From NCBI GenBank assembly GCA_043228905.1, contig JBHGNT010000021.1:620001-684000 (forward strand): 64,000 bases of DNA. Direction: 5' to 3'. The DNA is from Azolla caroliniana. Its lineage: Eukaryota; Plantae; Polypodiophyta. The translations under genes were made by a program, and so were the position numbers. Under the pieces are notes generated by a model that was given only the letters and a program-made list of their open reading frames with translations, was not told the origin of the DNA and ran no database searches. Every line of letters starts with the position of its first letter. Within the stretch, counting starts at the first letter, position 1. Below, piece after piece: positions 36,901-49,449 of the stretch.

Positions 36901-39594
36901 GCAATCCTCCCCATCACATAACGTTGGGAAGAGATGGTATCAATTGCACACTACACATTTAAAGGACATATGGTATGTCTCTTTCAACAAACTCATTCCA
37001 TTTATGGTTTGTTAGAAGTTTGGATTATACAAACTTATGAGCTTTGGATGTTTGGCCTATGCCTTCATGATACCCCTAGATGCTCAGGCTAAATTAGATA
37101 ACCATGTAGTTTGTACCAACCATATTTGTTGGGAATTGAGAATCTCATGGTTACACAGGTTATTATTGTATGAACCAAGACCCAAATGATTTATATTTAG
37201 ATGATGGGCAATATTCGACAAAGATAAACCAGATATCCCATAGTAACGAGATAAATCAGACACCTTGAACCTAAACAATACAAGAACATTTGCAAAACCC
37301 AATCTCTTTGATGATAAATCACTAGGCAACTAACCCATCTACTAGTACTTCATGGTGAGTTCCATCCATTCCTTTGGAACATGATGTTAATTAGCCATCT
37401 TCACTAATAATCCCATATTTATTATTAATCCTACGATGTGTTCTCCCCATGGACATTGGTTCTCTTTTGTCTATGGTAGAAAAACCTCCAAAACAAAGCA
37501 AACCACACAGTCCAATCATAAAAACAAATCATATTCAAAAAATATGAAGATCTCTGGTTATCCTGAATGTGACACTTTTTTGGGTGTAACAAATCTCACT
37601 CATCTTGATTTTTCATGTTCACATCCTTGTGGAAGATCATCTACCCCATGAACAAGATTCTCATACCTCTGGAAAAAAGAATGACGTCATTAAAGACACT
37701 TTTTGCCTATTATTCATCCCTACCTCAAATGAGATTCCCAAAGTGATCCAAATGGGGTGTACTAATGTTCCCACTCATGAACAACATCCTCAGAGTATAC
37801 ATGGGTGTAGAATCTCAGAAATCTATGGTTGGCTTCTTCTTTATCATGGCAAGAGTAGCAGTTATGTGGCTATAAAAGATGCAAGACTCCATGACATTCT
37901 CGTTTGCAAAAGCAGAATTAGTAGCAAAAGCATCCAAAGCACTCCAAAACAACAAAACGTGTGGACTCTGAAATACCATCTCATAAGATAACTCAACAAA
38001 GAAAATAAATGTGCATTAGAGTATACATACATAAATAATATGCTAGCTGATTTCTTAACAAAGGCTCTACCGACATACTAGTTTGAAGCTTGTTGTGAAA
38101 ACTTAGGTCTAGAAAGATTACGGGGTTGTTAAAATAAACTAATTCATGTAAAACTATATAAACATGTGGAATATGTATTGCAACTACAACTAACTCGAAG
38201 CTACTTCAATGTGTTTACAAATTCTATTGGTGTGCTATAACTACACCTAACATTGATCTACTTCAATGTGTTTACTAATTATATTCATGCACAAGTACAC
38301 TAGTTAGCATGATGATCAAACATCATGATGATGAAGTCAAATAAGCGAGATTGGTATAAGGGAAGACTTCATCCTTGTTTAATTTTCTTTGTTGTGTTAT
38401 GTAGTCTTCATCATGTCTAGGAAGTCCAAGCCTATCACCAATCTGATTACCTGATAGGGTTGTTGTGTGTCATTTAATATACACACTAGTCAGTCACATG
38501 GGGCAGTAGTACCTAATCCCAGTTCAAATATAGTTTGATTCTTCTTTTATGCATTGAATTTACAAACCATAACAATACATGGGTTTATAGTTTACCAAAA
38601 GCCGTGTCGCCTCTTGTCGAATAGATATTTGGAACTTCTTGCCTTGGGAACGCGCTGTCTTCGTACGTTTTCCGTTGAAGATCAACCCCGTGTGAATAAG
38701 ATTCAACTTATGCTTCAACAGTTCAATTTGGTCCTCAATTCGACCACATTTCTACAAGACCAATTATGGCATGTGAGGAAAAAAACATTAACAAAACATA
38801 GTTAAACCTAGAGAGACATACACAAAGTCTCTAATTGTGAAGGTTCTATATAGGATCTATATATGTGTGTGTGTGTGTGTATAGATCCTTCACAATTAGA
38901 GACTTTGTCTTCAAGAAACTAAGGCTTAGAAGTATACATATTAAAACTTAAAAACTTATGAACATGAACAACTTCAAACAAGCCTAAATTAGGAAGAAAA
39001 TATTGTCATAAATTATCTAAATATAGACACATTTATGATGTCTCCTCCTACAACAACAACAACAACTAGTGGTAGTAGTTGTAGTAGTAGTAGTACCTCT
39101 AACAACTACAACTACAACTACTACCACTAACTACTACTACTACTAGCTACCACTAGTTACTACAATTAGACCTTGTAGAGATCTAGGAGGAGGTTGTCAA
39201 GAGCTGGCTGAGCAGCAATGGAGCAATGCTTCCGGAACGAGCGGATGGCCTCGATCGCCTCCTCTGCCCTGTTCTGCTGCTTCATTACGATCGCCATATC
39301 CTTGAGCGCACTGTCCACTCGGTCACCAGCATTTATCGCTGCCCAGAACAACGCTATCGCCCGCTCGGGATCTTTCTCCAACAACTGCATGCAAACACAC
39401 ACTTCACACTGATTAAGAGCAGTAATTTAGGTGTCCTCATTAAGGGATGCTTGGTTAGATTAGTATCATGTTTAGTAAGAGATTGCAATGCTTTTCAGTA
39501 ATTGGTCACTAATTACCTGTGCATGTTTAGCGCGAACATAAGGACCATCTCCTGTTGGGATCTTGACTAGTGTCTCCTTCTTTGTCGCAGTCAT
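33976..39594 (-). CDS. MS5/TDM1(POLLENLESS3)/SDI1-family TPR protein, copy B (~482 aa, 5 exons; start uncertain)
   Basis: Exons 39594-39517, 39384-39172, 38751-38596, 35240-35179, 34915-33976. The first four exon sizes (78/213/156/62) match copy A, with the same family motifs and the same C-terminus RFRIFQHTKS. Confidence 0.9.
35460..38200 (+). mobile_element. Degenerate Ty1/copia remnant in intron 3 of TPR copy B
   Basis: RNase H end MLADFLTKALP..FEACCENLGL at ~38040-38115 followed by a G-rich tract and TGTT; FGCLAYA-like sequence at ~37045; patchy DNA similarity to 25.0-27.4 kb. Confidence 0.7.
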
Positions 39595-42500
39595 AATGAA
39601 GGTTACCTTAATTTCTTTGCTAATCACGCTAATTACCCTCGAATGGCCCACTACTACTAGCCCTCTTAATCACCCACTAGTCACACTGATAACTCTCTGG
39701 CTCATACAAATCAACCTCTTAATCATACCACTCGCACCAATCTCCATCTTCCTCATTCTAATCGCCCACAAGTTAGGCTAATCAATCTGTCTGACACCTA
39801 TTTAAGCAAACTAATCGCACATTACTCGCACTAATCACCCTCGTAATCACAGTACTCACCCTCTTGAGCATACTGATCGTTCACTACTCACACTAATTAC
39901 CTTTTTTAACACCTCCCTAATCTCACTCGGATTTTGTGTTAGGACTGATGGTCTGCATTTAGGGCTAGATTCAAAACCTAGGAAGTTTTGTAGTCTCTCC
40001 TCCTCCTCTTCCTCCTTTTCTTCTTCTCCTCCTTCTTCTTCTTCTTCTTCTTCTTAATTACTTAACTTCATGGGATAATACTTTTTATTTCTATTGCTAT
40101 TATGATTATGATTGTTAGTAGTATTTTGCAGGAATCTCAAATTTTGGTCTAGATCCATCCCCCCTGCCTTTGGTGCGATCTTGACCGTAGGATGTCGTAG
40201 CGACTCATCCCGACCCTCCAACTCTCTCTCGGCTCCTAGCGGTCGCTCACACGGTACATCGGGGTCCACCTTTATTTATTTTTCATCCTCATTTACATTA
40301 CTCACATGCCACGTGTTCACACGTTGAACAAAGCGGGGGGCTTACCTGTCGTGTTGATTCATCTGGTCCGATTCCTCACATTGTTTGCTTACGTGGGTGC
40401 ACTGACCTGGGGAACTTCACTTTACCAATCGCCCGAGCTTTCTTGGTTCGTTGCATTAAATTAATTGGACTTCATCGGGGAAATATATAAAGGAGTTTCT
40501 CGCAGAACAAACTCCCATGTTCTCACGAGGTGACACTCATAACATCGATTCGATGTTAGGCAGGCGAAGATTTGTTCTTTGTTAATCCGTCGAAGTTTTT
40601 TTGCTTCCATGCATAAAAAACAATGGTGACTTACAGGAAATTAGCAAACAAAATATAAGTTTCTGACCGAATTTTGGTTCCATTTCTAAATATTTCTATC
40701 CTACACATTAAAATTTTCAACTTGACATTTCTAAGTGGATGAGTACATGCATTTTTCCTGAACATTGGATGCTTGTATCCTTTCATAATTGGGCAATTGG
40801 AGTCTATCATGTTGACAAGGATCTTAAAAACTGGTGGCTTACTCTTATGTGGCAATCCCTAAAGCCCTTATGTATGGGCCTTATATTGACGTGGCAACTA
40901 TGTGGAATTTAATTTTGTATATTGTGATACAAATATGTAGCTATCCCTATCAATGAAGGCCAATCAAACTTATGCTACCCATACATAACATACATTGAAC
41001 CTAGTCAATCCCTTGAGTTCACATAGCTATTACCTATTACTTCAAGTTTCCTTGCATTTGCACATTAGCTATTGTATGGTCATGTACAACCTTGTGTCGT
41101 TTTGTGGAGTTTTCTCAAATGACATTGTATGATTGTGTGTTGCCGAATGATACTAGACAATACCATATACATAACAATACATTGAACCTAGTCAACCTCT
41201 CAATCAAGTTTACATGACTATTAGTTACTACCCCCAATGTCCTAGCCTTTGCACATGTGACATTAGACATCATATGATTATGTACCACCTTGCATTTGTA
41301 ACATATCAGACTAATCTTAATTACACAATTGTCGTAGTTGTCTAGAGTTTTCTTTCAAGGCATTGTAAGGTCATATGTTGCCTAGCGATGCTAGCTAATA
41401 TTGTACACCAAATCACGATTGTACATACAACATTGTTGTCTTATGATTGATATTGCCACATTTTCATCATGGTGTTACCCAATTTGATATGAGAGGTCTT
41501 TGAGTTTGTCAATATATTAGAGGGCTCTTTACCCTTTATGGTGGGTTTCTTCCATGTTTATGCTATGACACCTTACCAATAAGGCATGTTTTCATCTAAT
41601 CCATTCCCGTGGGTTCAAGTTTCTTTCTTTCCACTATTGTACCAAATGCGATTGTAGAACATAGGGGTTGGACCTCATACTAAGAACATAGCTTAAAATA
41701 TTCGAAAACAAAATGAGTCAATGAGCATTTTATGTACGTCATTTTAAGATCTAGATGCTAAAGTCAATCATCTATGGATTGGTGATCTAAATGCCCAATA
41801 CTTCAAGTTATACTTGGATAAATATGTTATTTAACATGATTAATGTCAATTTTGTGTCTAAAATCATTCCCCCATGTTGGAGAATGTTTATTAAGTTTAC
41901 TTGAAAAAGTGTGATTATTAAGTATTATGATAGAGATTTGAGAGCAATTTTGCTTGGCCAACTTGGACATAAAATCTCTGATATTATTAGTGATGGATTG
42001 CATCATTGGAAGAAAACCTCCCTTCTGGTGATATATGGTATCATGTAGCTATATGAGTGATGTCAATCATGAAACGCAATATGCAATGAAATAATTTGAT
42101 AGAGGAATATTCTTCCCAACTTCCTTGAATACACCACTTTCTATCACTTAGCCTGACACCTAAACATTGACTTCCAACATTTTCATGGTCGTAGATGTAT
42201 ACGATTAAACAAGTAGGGGTCGAGACAACATCTTGAACTCACATCTGTAGCATTGGTCATGGTTTCTAGCTAAGATACGTATTGTAGATTGGAGTTTGTT
42301 TTAAAGTGACAAGAACTTAGTTACTTACAATGAGTAGGCACAATTAGTACACAGTTAATCACATCATATAAAAGAATGTTGGCACACAATAGGGGTAAAT
42401 GAAGAGTCGATTAAAAGTAATTATTGCATTGATGCATTGGCATTTAGAGATTACAGTAGACAATTAGGATACAAACTCTACTAATGGCAACACAAGTGTA

Positions 42501-44168
42501 CTTTGATTAGAGCGGGTTCGTTTAGAAGACTTTAAGGGATATTTGTTGACTACTTAACTTCAAGGGAAACTTGTGGATGAGATACGGAGAACAAGATAAT
42601 GAGAACGTCAACTACATATCGCCTTTGCTTTCAATTCAACCCTTCATTTCTAATCAATAAGATAGGGAGACGGAAAGGGATGATCATTCTAATCACATAA
42701 TTCCTTACATGTATGGTCGTTAAAGCTTGTTGGATGTGGTGAGTAATATTTTTCATAACTTGTAGTAACTAGCTAACTACATGATACATATATTAAATTG
42801 TTCATCTAGGCACGTGATGATCTAGAAGCCATAAGTGGTGGTCTATATAATGAGGTCTAACATTAGATGTTGTTGGAACTTCGTTCGTGAGGCCAAGCTC
42901 TCTTATATAGCCACTCATGATTATATAGCCCACCACATCATAAGGCTTCTAGACGTTGTTGAGACTCTTAGATTGGTGAGGCGAATCTCTCTTAATATTC
43001 AACTAACTATCACGTAAGGTAATGTTCGGTGATCTGGGACACCAATGGTATTTTATGTTTGTCACCTCCTCTGCTCGAGTGTGGCCAATGTAGATAAGTA
43101 CCCTTAATCCATTTTTCTCCTTAATCTCTTATTATATTGTTCATAATTAGTGTTATTCATAGCATTAATTCTAGTGATAGTATCATAATTTGTTTCTCGG
43201 CCTCATTATAATTGCATGTGGTTGGTGTGTTGAAATCGTAACCTTATTAGTGTCCAAAAAATTGACACATTGATCAACATCATGAGGTTGTGTTATTCAA
43301 AGTGTATTGAAATTATAACCTAACTAGTGTCCAAATAATTGACACACCAATCAACCTCATGAGGTTATGGGTTCAAATCCTTATTTTCGCAAATATCACA
43401 TCATTTCTTATAAACTACATGCCACATTAACAACTACAAAACAAGGGCATGGAGTAATGCAAATATGATATTATGTCTATCATTAAATGTAAAGTTTTTT
43501 TGTGCAGTGTCTAAATGTCATGTTTAACTTTGCAATGATAGTGACATTTCGTAACACATTCTACAAGGTTTATGCATCACATATAAGATGCATCTCAAAA
43601 TAATGAGTATGATCGACAACACTAAACATCACCCTACAAAAACAATATATATAAACAAAGACATTCTTTCGTCATGAGTTAGAGGGAATTCTTAGTCACT
43701 CACCAATTATTTCTTGTTGTTAATGCTTTGTCCTAGTTGAAACAACAAAATTCCTTATTTTCTTGTTTCAAACTGCTCAAAATTCTACATTGATTAGACA
43801 AAAGTGTTCTTAATTTTGACTCAACACAAAGAGGAAGTTATTTGGTGAATCAATAAAAGAGGAAGAAATGAAGAAGAGAAAGAAAAAATCACAATAAAAG
43901 AGGAAGTTTTTTTTGCGAGTGGTGCAGTTTAAACTCGAATCTCCAGATTTCCTGAATACAATACATTCCCATTGCGAGATACTCAAGCTTGGGAAAATAC
44001 CAACTATCATGGGCCCAATCATCGTGAACCCAACCCTCATGGGTCTAACTCAAACCATCATGTGGACAAGCTCACATGATACGACAGATGCCATCATTTG
44101 GATTGTGGAAAAGTTTAAAATATTGCATGTCTCTAGTTAGTCTATTAAACTTAATTCACCAAAGTCTA

Positions 44169-45502
44169 TGATGTCGTGGAGGATTCTGGCTACAAGAAGA
44201 AACTTCACCGATCACACATGAACGGGGGGTGTGCACGCATGCACAGGAAAACGTCTTTATGCACATATGTGTGAATAACATAGTATTAGTTTGAGTGTTG
44301 AGAAATACTAGGTAGAAGGTATTTGATAAGTACTTTAAATTCACACGAATATAGAGAAGAATAAAATTGATTAAAGGGGAGGAGATTGAGGAGAGGATCT
44401 CTGACAGAAACTGGTTGTCTTAACAACCTAATGTAACGACCTCTCTCTCCTTGAGTTATAAAAGGGGGGAGAGAAGATGTAGGGGGCATCCGGGAATTAG
44501 AGAACGAAGTGTTGTCGATTTGGAGTTCCGAGCTCTATCGATCCCTCTGTTTTTTGTTTTGTGCTGGTGGAGGCCTTTGCTCGCGTAGGAAGCTCGTGTG
44601 CTCCCGACCAGAGGCCCATCGTTTTGTGTTTGTGGGTGTGCGTGTAGAGCTTGAAGCTCTGTTGTCGACCGCTTTCGGTTGTAATCTTTCTCTTTCTCTG
44701 TTAATGATTAGTTTGTTGAGTCTCTCTGTGTGTTTGGGCATCGTCATGTTCTTATCTCTATTTTATTCTTGTTTGGGTGTGCGTATCCGAGTGCGTGAGC
44801 CCGTGAGCTTATCGCTGCTATCCGGGTACTGGCCAGAACAATATACGTCCTCAAGCCTGTGCGCTCACTGTCCGACATATGGGGATCGATTCGGATTAGA
44901 TACGTGTCCGTAAACCAATCCGACAAAGTTATTCGGAAACGATCCGGACAAACTTTCTTCTCTCACCGGCTCCTTGGTTTGAGACCTCAATGGTCCCGCC
45001 CCGTCGTCGTGAAGATCTGTCACTACGCGCGGATCATGAGGCGAAACTGTCGGGGTCCTGGACTAGAAGGATTCGAAGTTTGTACTAGTTTAGCGAAAAA
45101 GTATTTAAGATAGATTGAGAGAGAGAGATTGAGATTAAGATTCCAATTTTAAAATAGATTAAGAATGATTGAAATAGAAAGAGAGATTAAGATTGAACTC
45201 TTGACTTTAGATTTGAAGAACAAGGTATATCATCAAAAGGATAATGAATTTTCTTCTTAATATTAATTTTGATATAAAGTACAAAGCTTGCTTGATAAAA
45301 ATCCCCCTTTTGCTTGATTCCTTCACTCTTTTATAGATACTCCCATGCATATGGTGCATGTGAGGGTGCAAGACATGCACGGTGTCGCGTTACTACGCGC
45401 GTGCGTGTAGAAGGGGTGGGACCACGGGGGTGTCGGACGAGAGAGGAAGGGATGCCGAGAAGATGGTTCCGGACGCGGCCCAGAGGCAACTGAACATGAG
45501 AT

Positions 45503-45542
<40 letters not shown>

Positions 45543-46166
45543 CGTTGCACCGACTCTTATACACACGAGACAAGGGGCGTGCTCATGACTTCACCAAATA
45601 CACCGATATGCACAAATGACACAAATATATATATATATATATATATAACTGGGAAAGATACAACCCCGGCTTCGAGCCGAACCAAGGTAGGTTACAGTAG
45701 AAGTCTGTTGCCAAGCCGCCGATCGGGGAGCTCACGGGCTTTTCGCGCCGAGCGGGGTCTTGCACAAGAGACTGATCAGAAGCAAACCCTAAGCAAACAC
45801 GAAGGGGAAGAAGAAGAAGAAGAAAAGAAAGAACTACCAAGACAAAACCCTAAACGAACAAGAATAAGATGAAGAGGAAGAACTCTACCAAACCCTAGAC
45901 CTAAGTGGTATACCCTCCTAACTCAAAATGGGCAACCCCTTTTACAAAGAGCGCTCCCTTTTATAGAACAAGGAGAGGGATGCATAACAATGTGAATAAA
46001 TCCCTTATTACATGGGATCCTCTGTCCCGACTTAACTCCTATTATTCACACGTTTTTACAAGGGTGAGTACACATGATGCACTCCGTCGATTCTCCCGAT
46101 ATTCTCCGAATCCGCCTAGGGACGGTTTTCTCCACGACAACGGAATGCATGCTTGCCATGACATCA
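44169..46166 (-). mobile_element. Solo-LTR-like element, probably with a second LTR-like sequence nested inside (44432-45696)
   Basis: The termini TGATGTCGTGG...CCATGACATCA form an 11-bp inverted repeat with 1 mismatch, flanked by TCTA on both sides. The inner segment runs TGTAAC...GTTACA. Minus-strand TATAAAA boxes lie at ~45330 and ~45962. No coding ORF. Confidence 0.6.
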
Positions 46167-46353
46167 TCTAAGCTCTCACACATGAGAATTTACATGTAAA
46201 GCTATAATGATAAAAATACAATCCCTAAAGAAATGGGTTGGCTTAATAGTAAACCTATTGCTTCCTATCTTGGAGGTGTTAAGTTTGAGTCTTGCTCACA
46301 TCTTTTTCTTTTATGCACAAAATACTATTAGGCTTTTGGACCAAAAATCTTTA

Positions 46354-46733
46354 AGACACCATGCACCGCAATCAATCGACCGATCCGTCTGATTTGCATC
46401 CATTTGGTTTGGCCCAATCCGATTTGGTCCACATCCCAAGTCGGTTGCCGATCACCGGCTCACCGGCTCCGTCGCCGGTTGCCACCGGTTTTGGTTGGCC
46501 AAAAACATTTATAAGTAGCTAAGCCACACCCAATCATCCAATTAGACACCATGCACCGCAATCAATCGACTGATCCGTCTGATTTGCATCCATTTGGTCT
46601 GGCCCAGTCCGGTTTGGTCCACATCCCGAGTCGGTTGCCGATCACCGGCTCACCAGCTCCGTCGCCGGTTGCCACCGGTTTTGGTTGGCCAAAAACGTTT
46701 ACAAGTAGCTAAGCCACACCCAATCATCCAATT
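46354..46733. repeat. Near-perfect 190-bp tandem duplication, GC-rich with CCGG/ACCGGTT motifs
   Basis: ATGCACCGCAATCAATCGAC occurs at 46361 and 46551, and the copies differ by only a few substitutions. Confidence 0.95.
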
Positions 46734-49449
46734 AGCTTAGTTCAAGTCACCTTGAACTCTCTATGCTCCACACATTAACATAAAAATAATAGCTTTTGCT
46801 CTACCTTATATATGGTAAGATCCTTATTTGTCCTGTCTATGTGGGATCTCTCATAGTTTTATCTTTCTCTTTTCCTTTACTAACTTCCTACCCTCATAAC
46901 TTGAGACTTAGATGTCTATTTCTTATGTAGTAAAGTGCATTCGAAAGCTCTTGAAGACCTCCATCTTTTTGTACTAAGATATTAAACTTATTTAAAATAG
47001 TATTTTCACTATTATTGTTTTATATGATTCATACTCGATTTCGTATATTTTATGCGATTTTCACACCATTGTTGAAAATTTTCACGACACTGTTTCAACA
47101 CATACCCGTGAATAACCGCGACAATGAGCCGAGAACAATGTCTATTTTATTATTGGCAACACAAGGAGTGGATGTGAATCGAATCATAACCCTACAAATG
47201 AATGCTTATGAACAACTTGAGTAAGCACTAACCCTAATGTAAAATATGCATGGATGAGTTAAACCTACATAATCACTCTTTAAAACCGGATGTTGATGAT
47301 TATGGATATAGAAGAGAAAGTAGAAGATGAGACCAATCGATATCATTAGAGGTAAACATTAACGACTTCGAGCTACAATTGACCCAAATTCATAAGATGG
47401 AAGCTTATGTTTTGGGTCTTACTTATATTCGCAAGTAGGTTAAGAAAGTGATGAAAAATTAGTACAACAAATCAATCATTTAAACTCTAGCTCAAGTTCA
47501 TTAAAATGTCAAGAAGAAGCTAAAACTACTCATACAAATGTATTTTATAGCTTTAGTGTTGCCCTTGGGCCTTTTCACTACAATTTTCTCTTGCCATTGT
47601 CTTTATTCAATTTTCTTTTTCCTTTAAACCACTACACTTGTTCCTTTATTCTTTACTCACATTTAGATGTACGAAAATTGTTAACATTCCCCCGGCTTAA
47701 TGAGTGCACTCTTGGGTGTAGACATCGACAAGATTGAATAGCACAAGTTAGAGATGAGGGCCTTCAATGGGAAGATTTAGTGAGTGGATTGTAATGGATG
47801 TCAGTGGGCTTGTTTCGGTTTTATGTTTATTGGGGGTTGGGGGTTGGGCGCCTATGCAATAGTTCGATAAATACATTATTAGATAGATAGATTAAATGAC
47901 ATGGGGGTTGAAGCAGTTAATATTTTGAATTTTATCAGTTCATCAAGGGAATTCATGCAACGCGTGGTAGAACCACTAAATCATGCACTATCGCGCAAAG
48001 TTAAGACTTGGCATACAAGCAAAAGCCTATATAGGCTGGTGACTTCTTCATCTAATAAAACTCATGATCCTATATTTTATATTGGTTGCTTTTTTATTGT
48101 CATGGTTGTGGTTTTTGGTGAAGTGCAATTAGGATGGCTATTAACATCCAAGTTGTTGGCATCTAGATGACCATTAGTTTGGTGAGGCTAGAAGGTGGCA
48201 AAGGTAGTAACATTTTGTTATTTAAGAATATGACAGATCAGATTACTACATGATTAGTAACAATATCATTTGACCATTAGTATGTAACACATATTGATGT
48301 TGTGGATGTCCATGATGGTGTTGTTGTCATCAAGGTCTTGTTCATTGTCATTCAAATATATCTTTTCCCTCTAGCTCAAATTTCATCATTTTGTGCACAA
48401 TAGAAGTCACCTTAAGGCTATACATGAAATATGTACATTTAGGTAATGCACCCATTCTAAGTTCTAATTGTTGGCTTAAATAAATACTTCATTGTAGAGT
48501 AGAACCCCTCCACCTTATCAAAAATCTATCTATAACATATTCCTTTGTCCCACATGGCATGAAACTCCTATAGTTCTAACTCTGCTCGTTGTGTATTACC
48601 TTTTATATTTTCCAAAGAACCTTTGAGATTACACACAAGCTCTATCCAAATCCCAAAAATTATCGGTCACATTTTGCAACACCTTCAAACATCAAGCCTT
48701 TCGGTCATCTTATTATTTTTATGTAATTATTGATTTTATTATATATTATATACTATTTATTATGTATGTACATATATGTGTGTGTGTGGTGTCATGTGTG
48801 TATGTAGGTGTAGTATGTACATATATTTTGGTAAATTTGGTTCATTTATTTGTAGGGTAGTTAATTTTTTAATTTTTAAAAATAGCCGTTGCTTAATTTA
48901 GGTGCCTTATCTATTTTACATATATGATCGGTTATTATTAGTAACAATATAAATGTTATTAATATTAGCGTTATTTCATGTATATTTATGATGGCATATG
49001 ATTAGTTATTATTATTATTATAGTATTAAACAGCTAAGAAATTGGTTATTTATTATTGCCAAATGATACTATTTTATTCTAATTTCTAACTATTTTTAGC
49101 TTATTATTATGATTATAAATTGAGTCACCTGTGTGAACTGACTGGATAAGCCACTATTCATTTATTTATATATCTATTTGTATACTTTTATTCATGTATA
49201 TTGTGCATTTGGTACATCACAATATGTAATGGAAGTCTACTCCCCTCGAGTCATGATTTTTGTATTTATTTATTTTTCAATTTATTTATTGATTTATTGG
49301 TTATTATTATTATTATTATTATTATTATTGAATACTAGTATAAGTAATGTATAGCTATATCTAGAATCTAGATATACACATCACTTGCTTTGGATGTAGA
49401 TGGATTATTTATGCAATTATTACTGAGTGATCAATTTACCTTTGACTAT

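Noticed and set aside
40400-44100. AT-rich region with faint transposon-like patches and a short duplication at ~43230-43370
   Set aside because: I could not support any motif, terminus or ORF; probably ancient TE debris.
47680-48700. Possible minus-strand PPT/LTR junction (GGGGGAATGTTAAC) of another old LTR element
   Set aside because: No partner LTR, TSD or clear protein motif was found.
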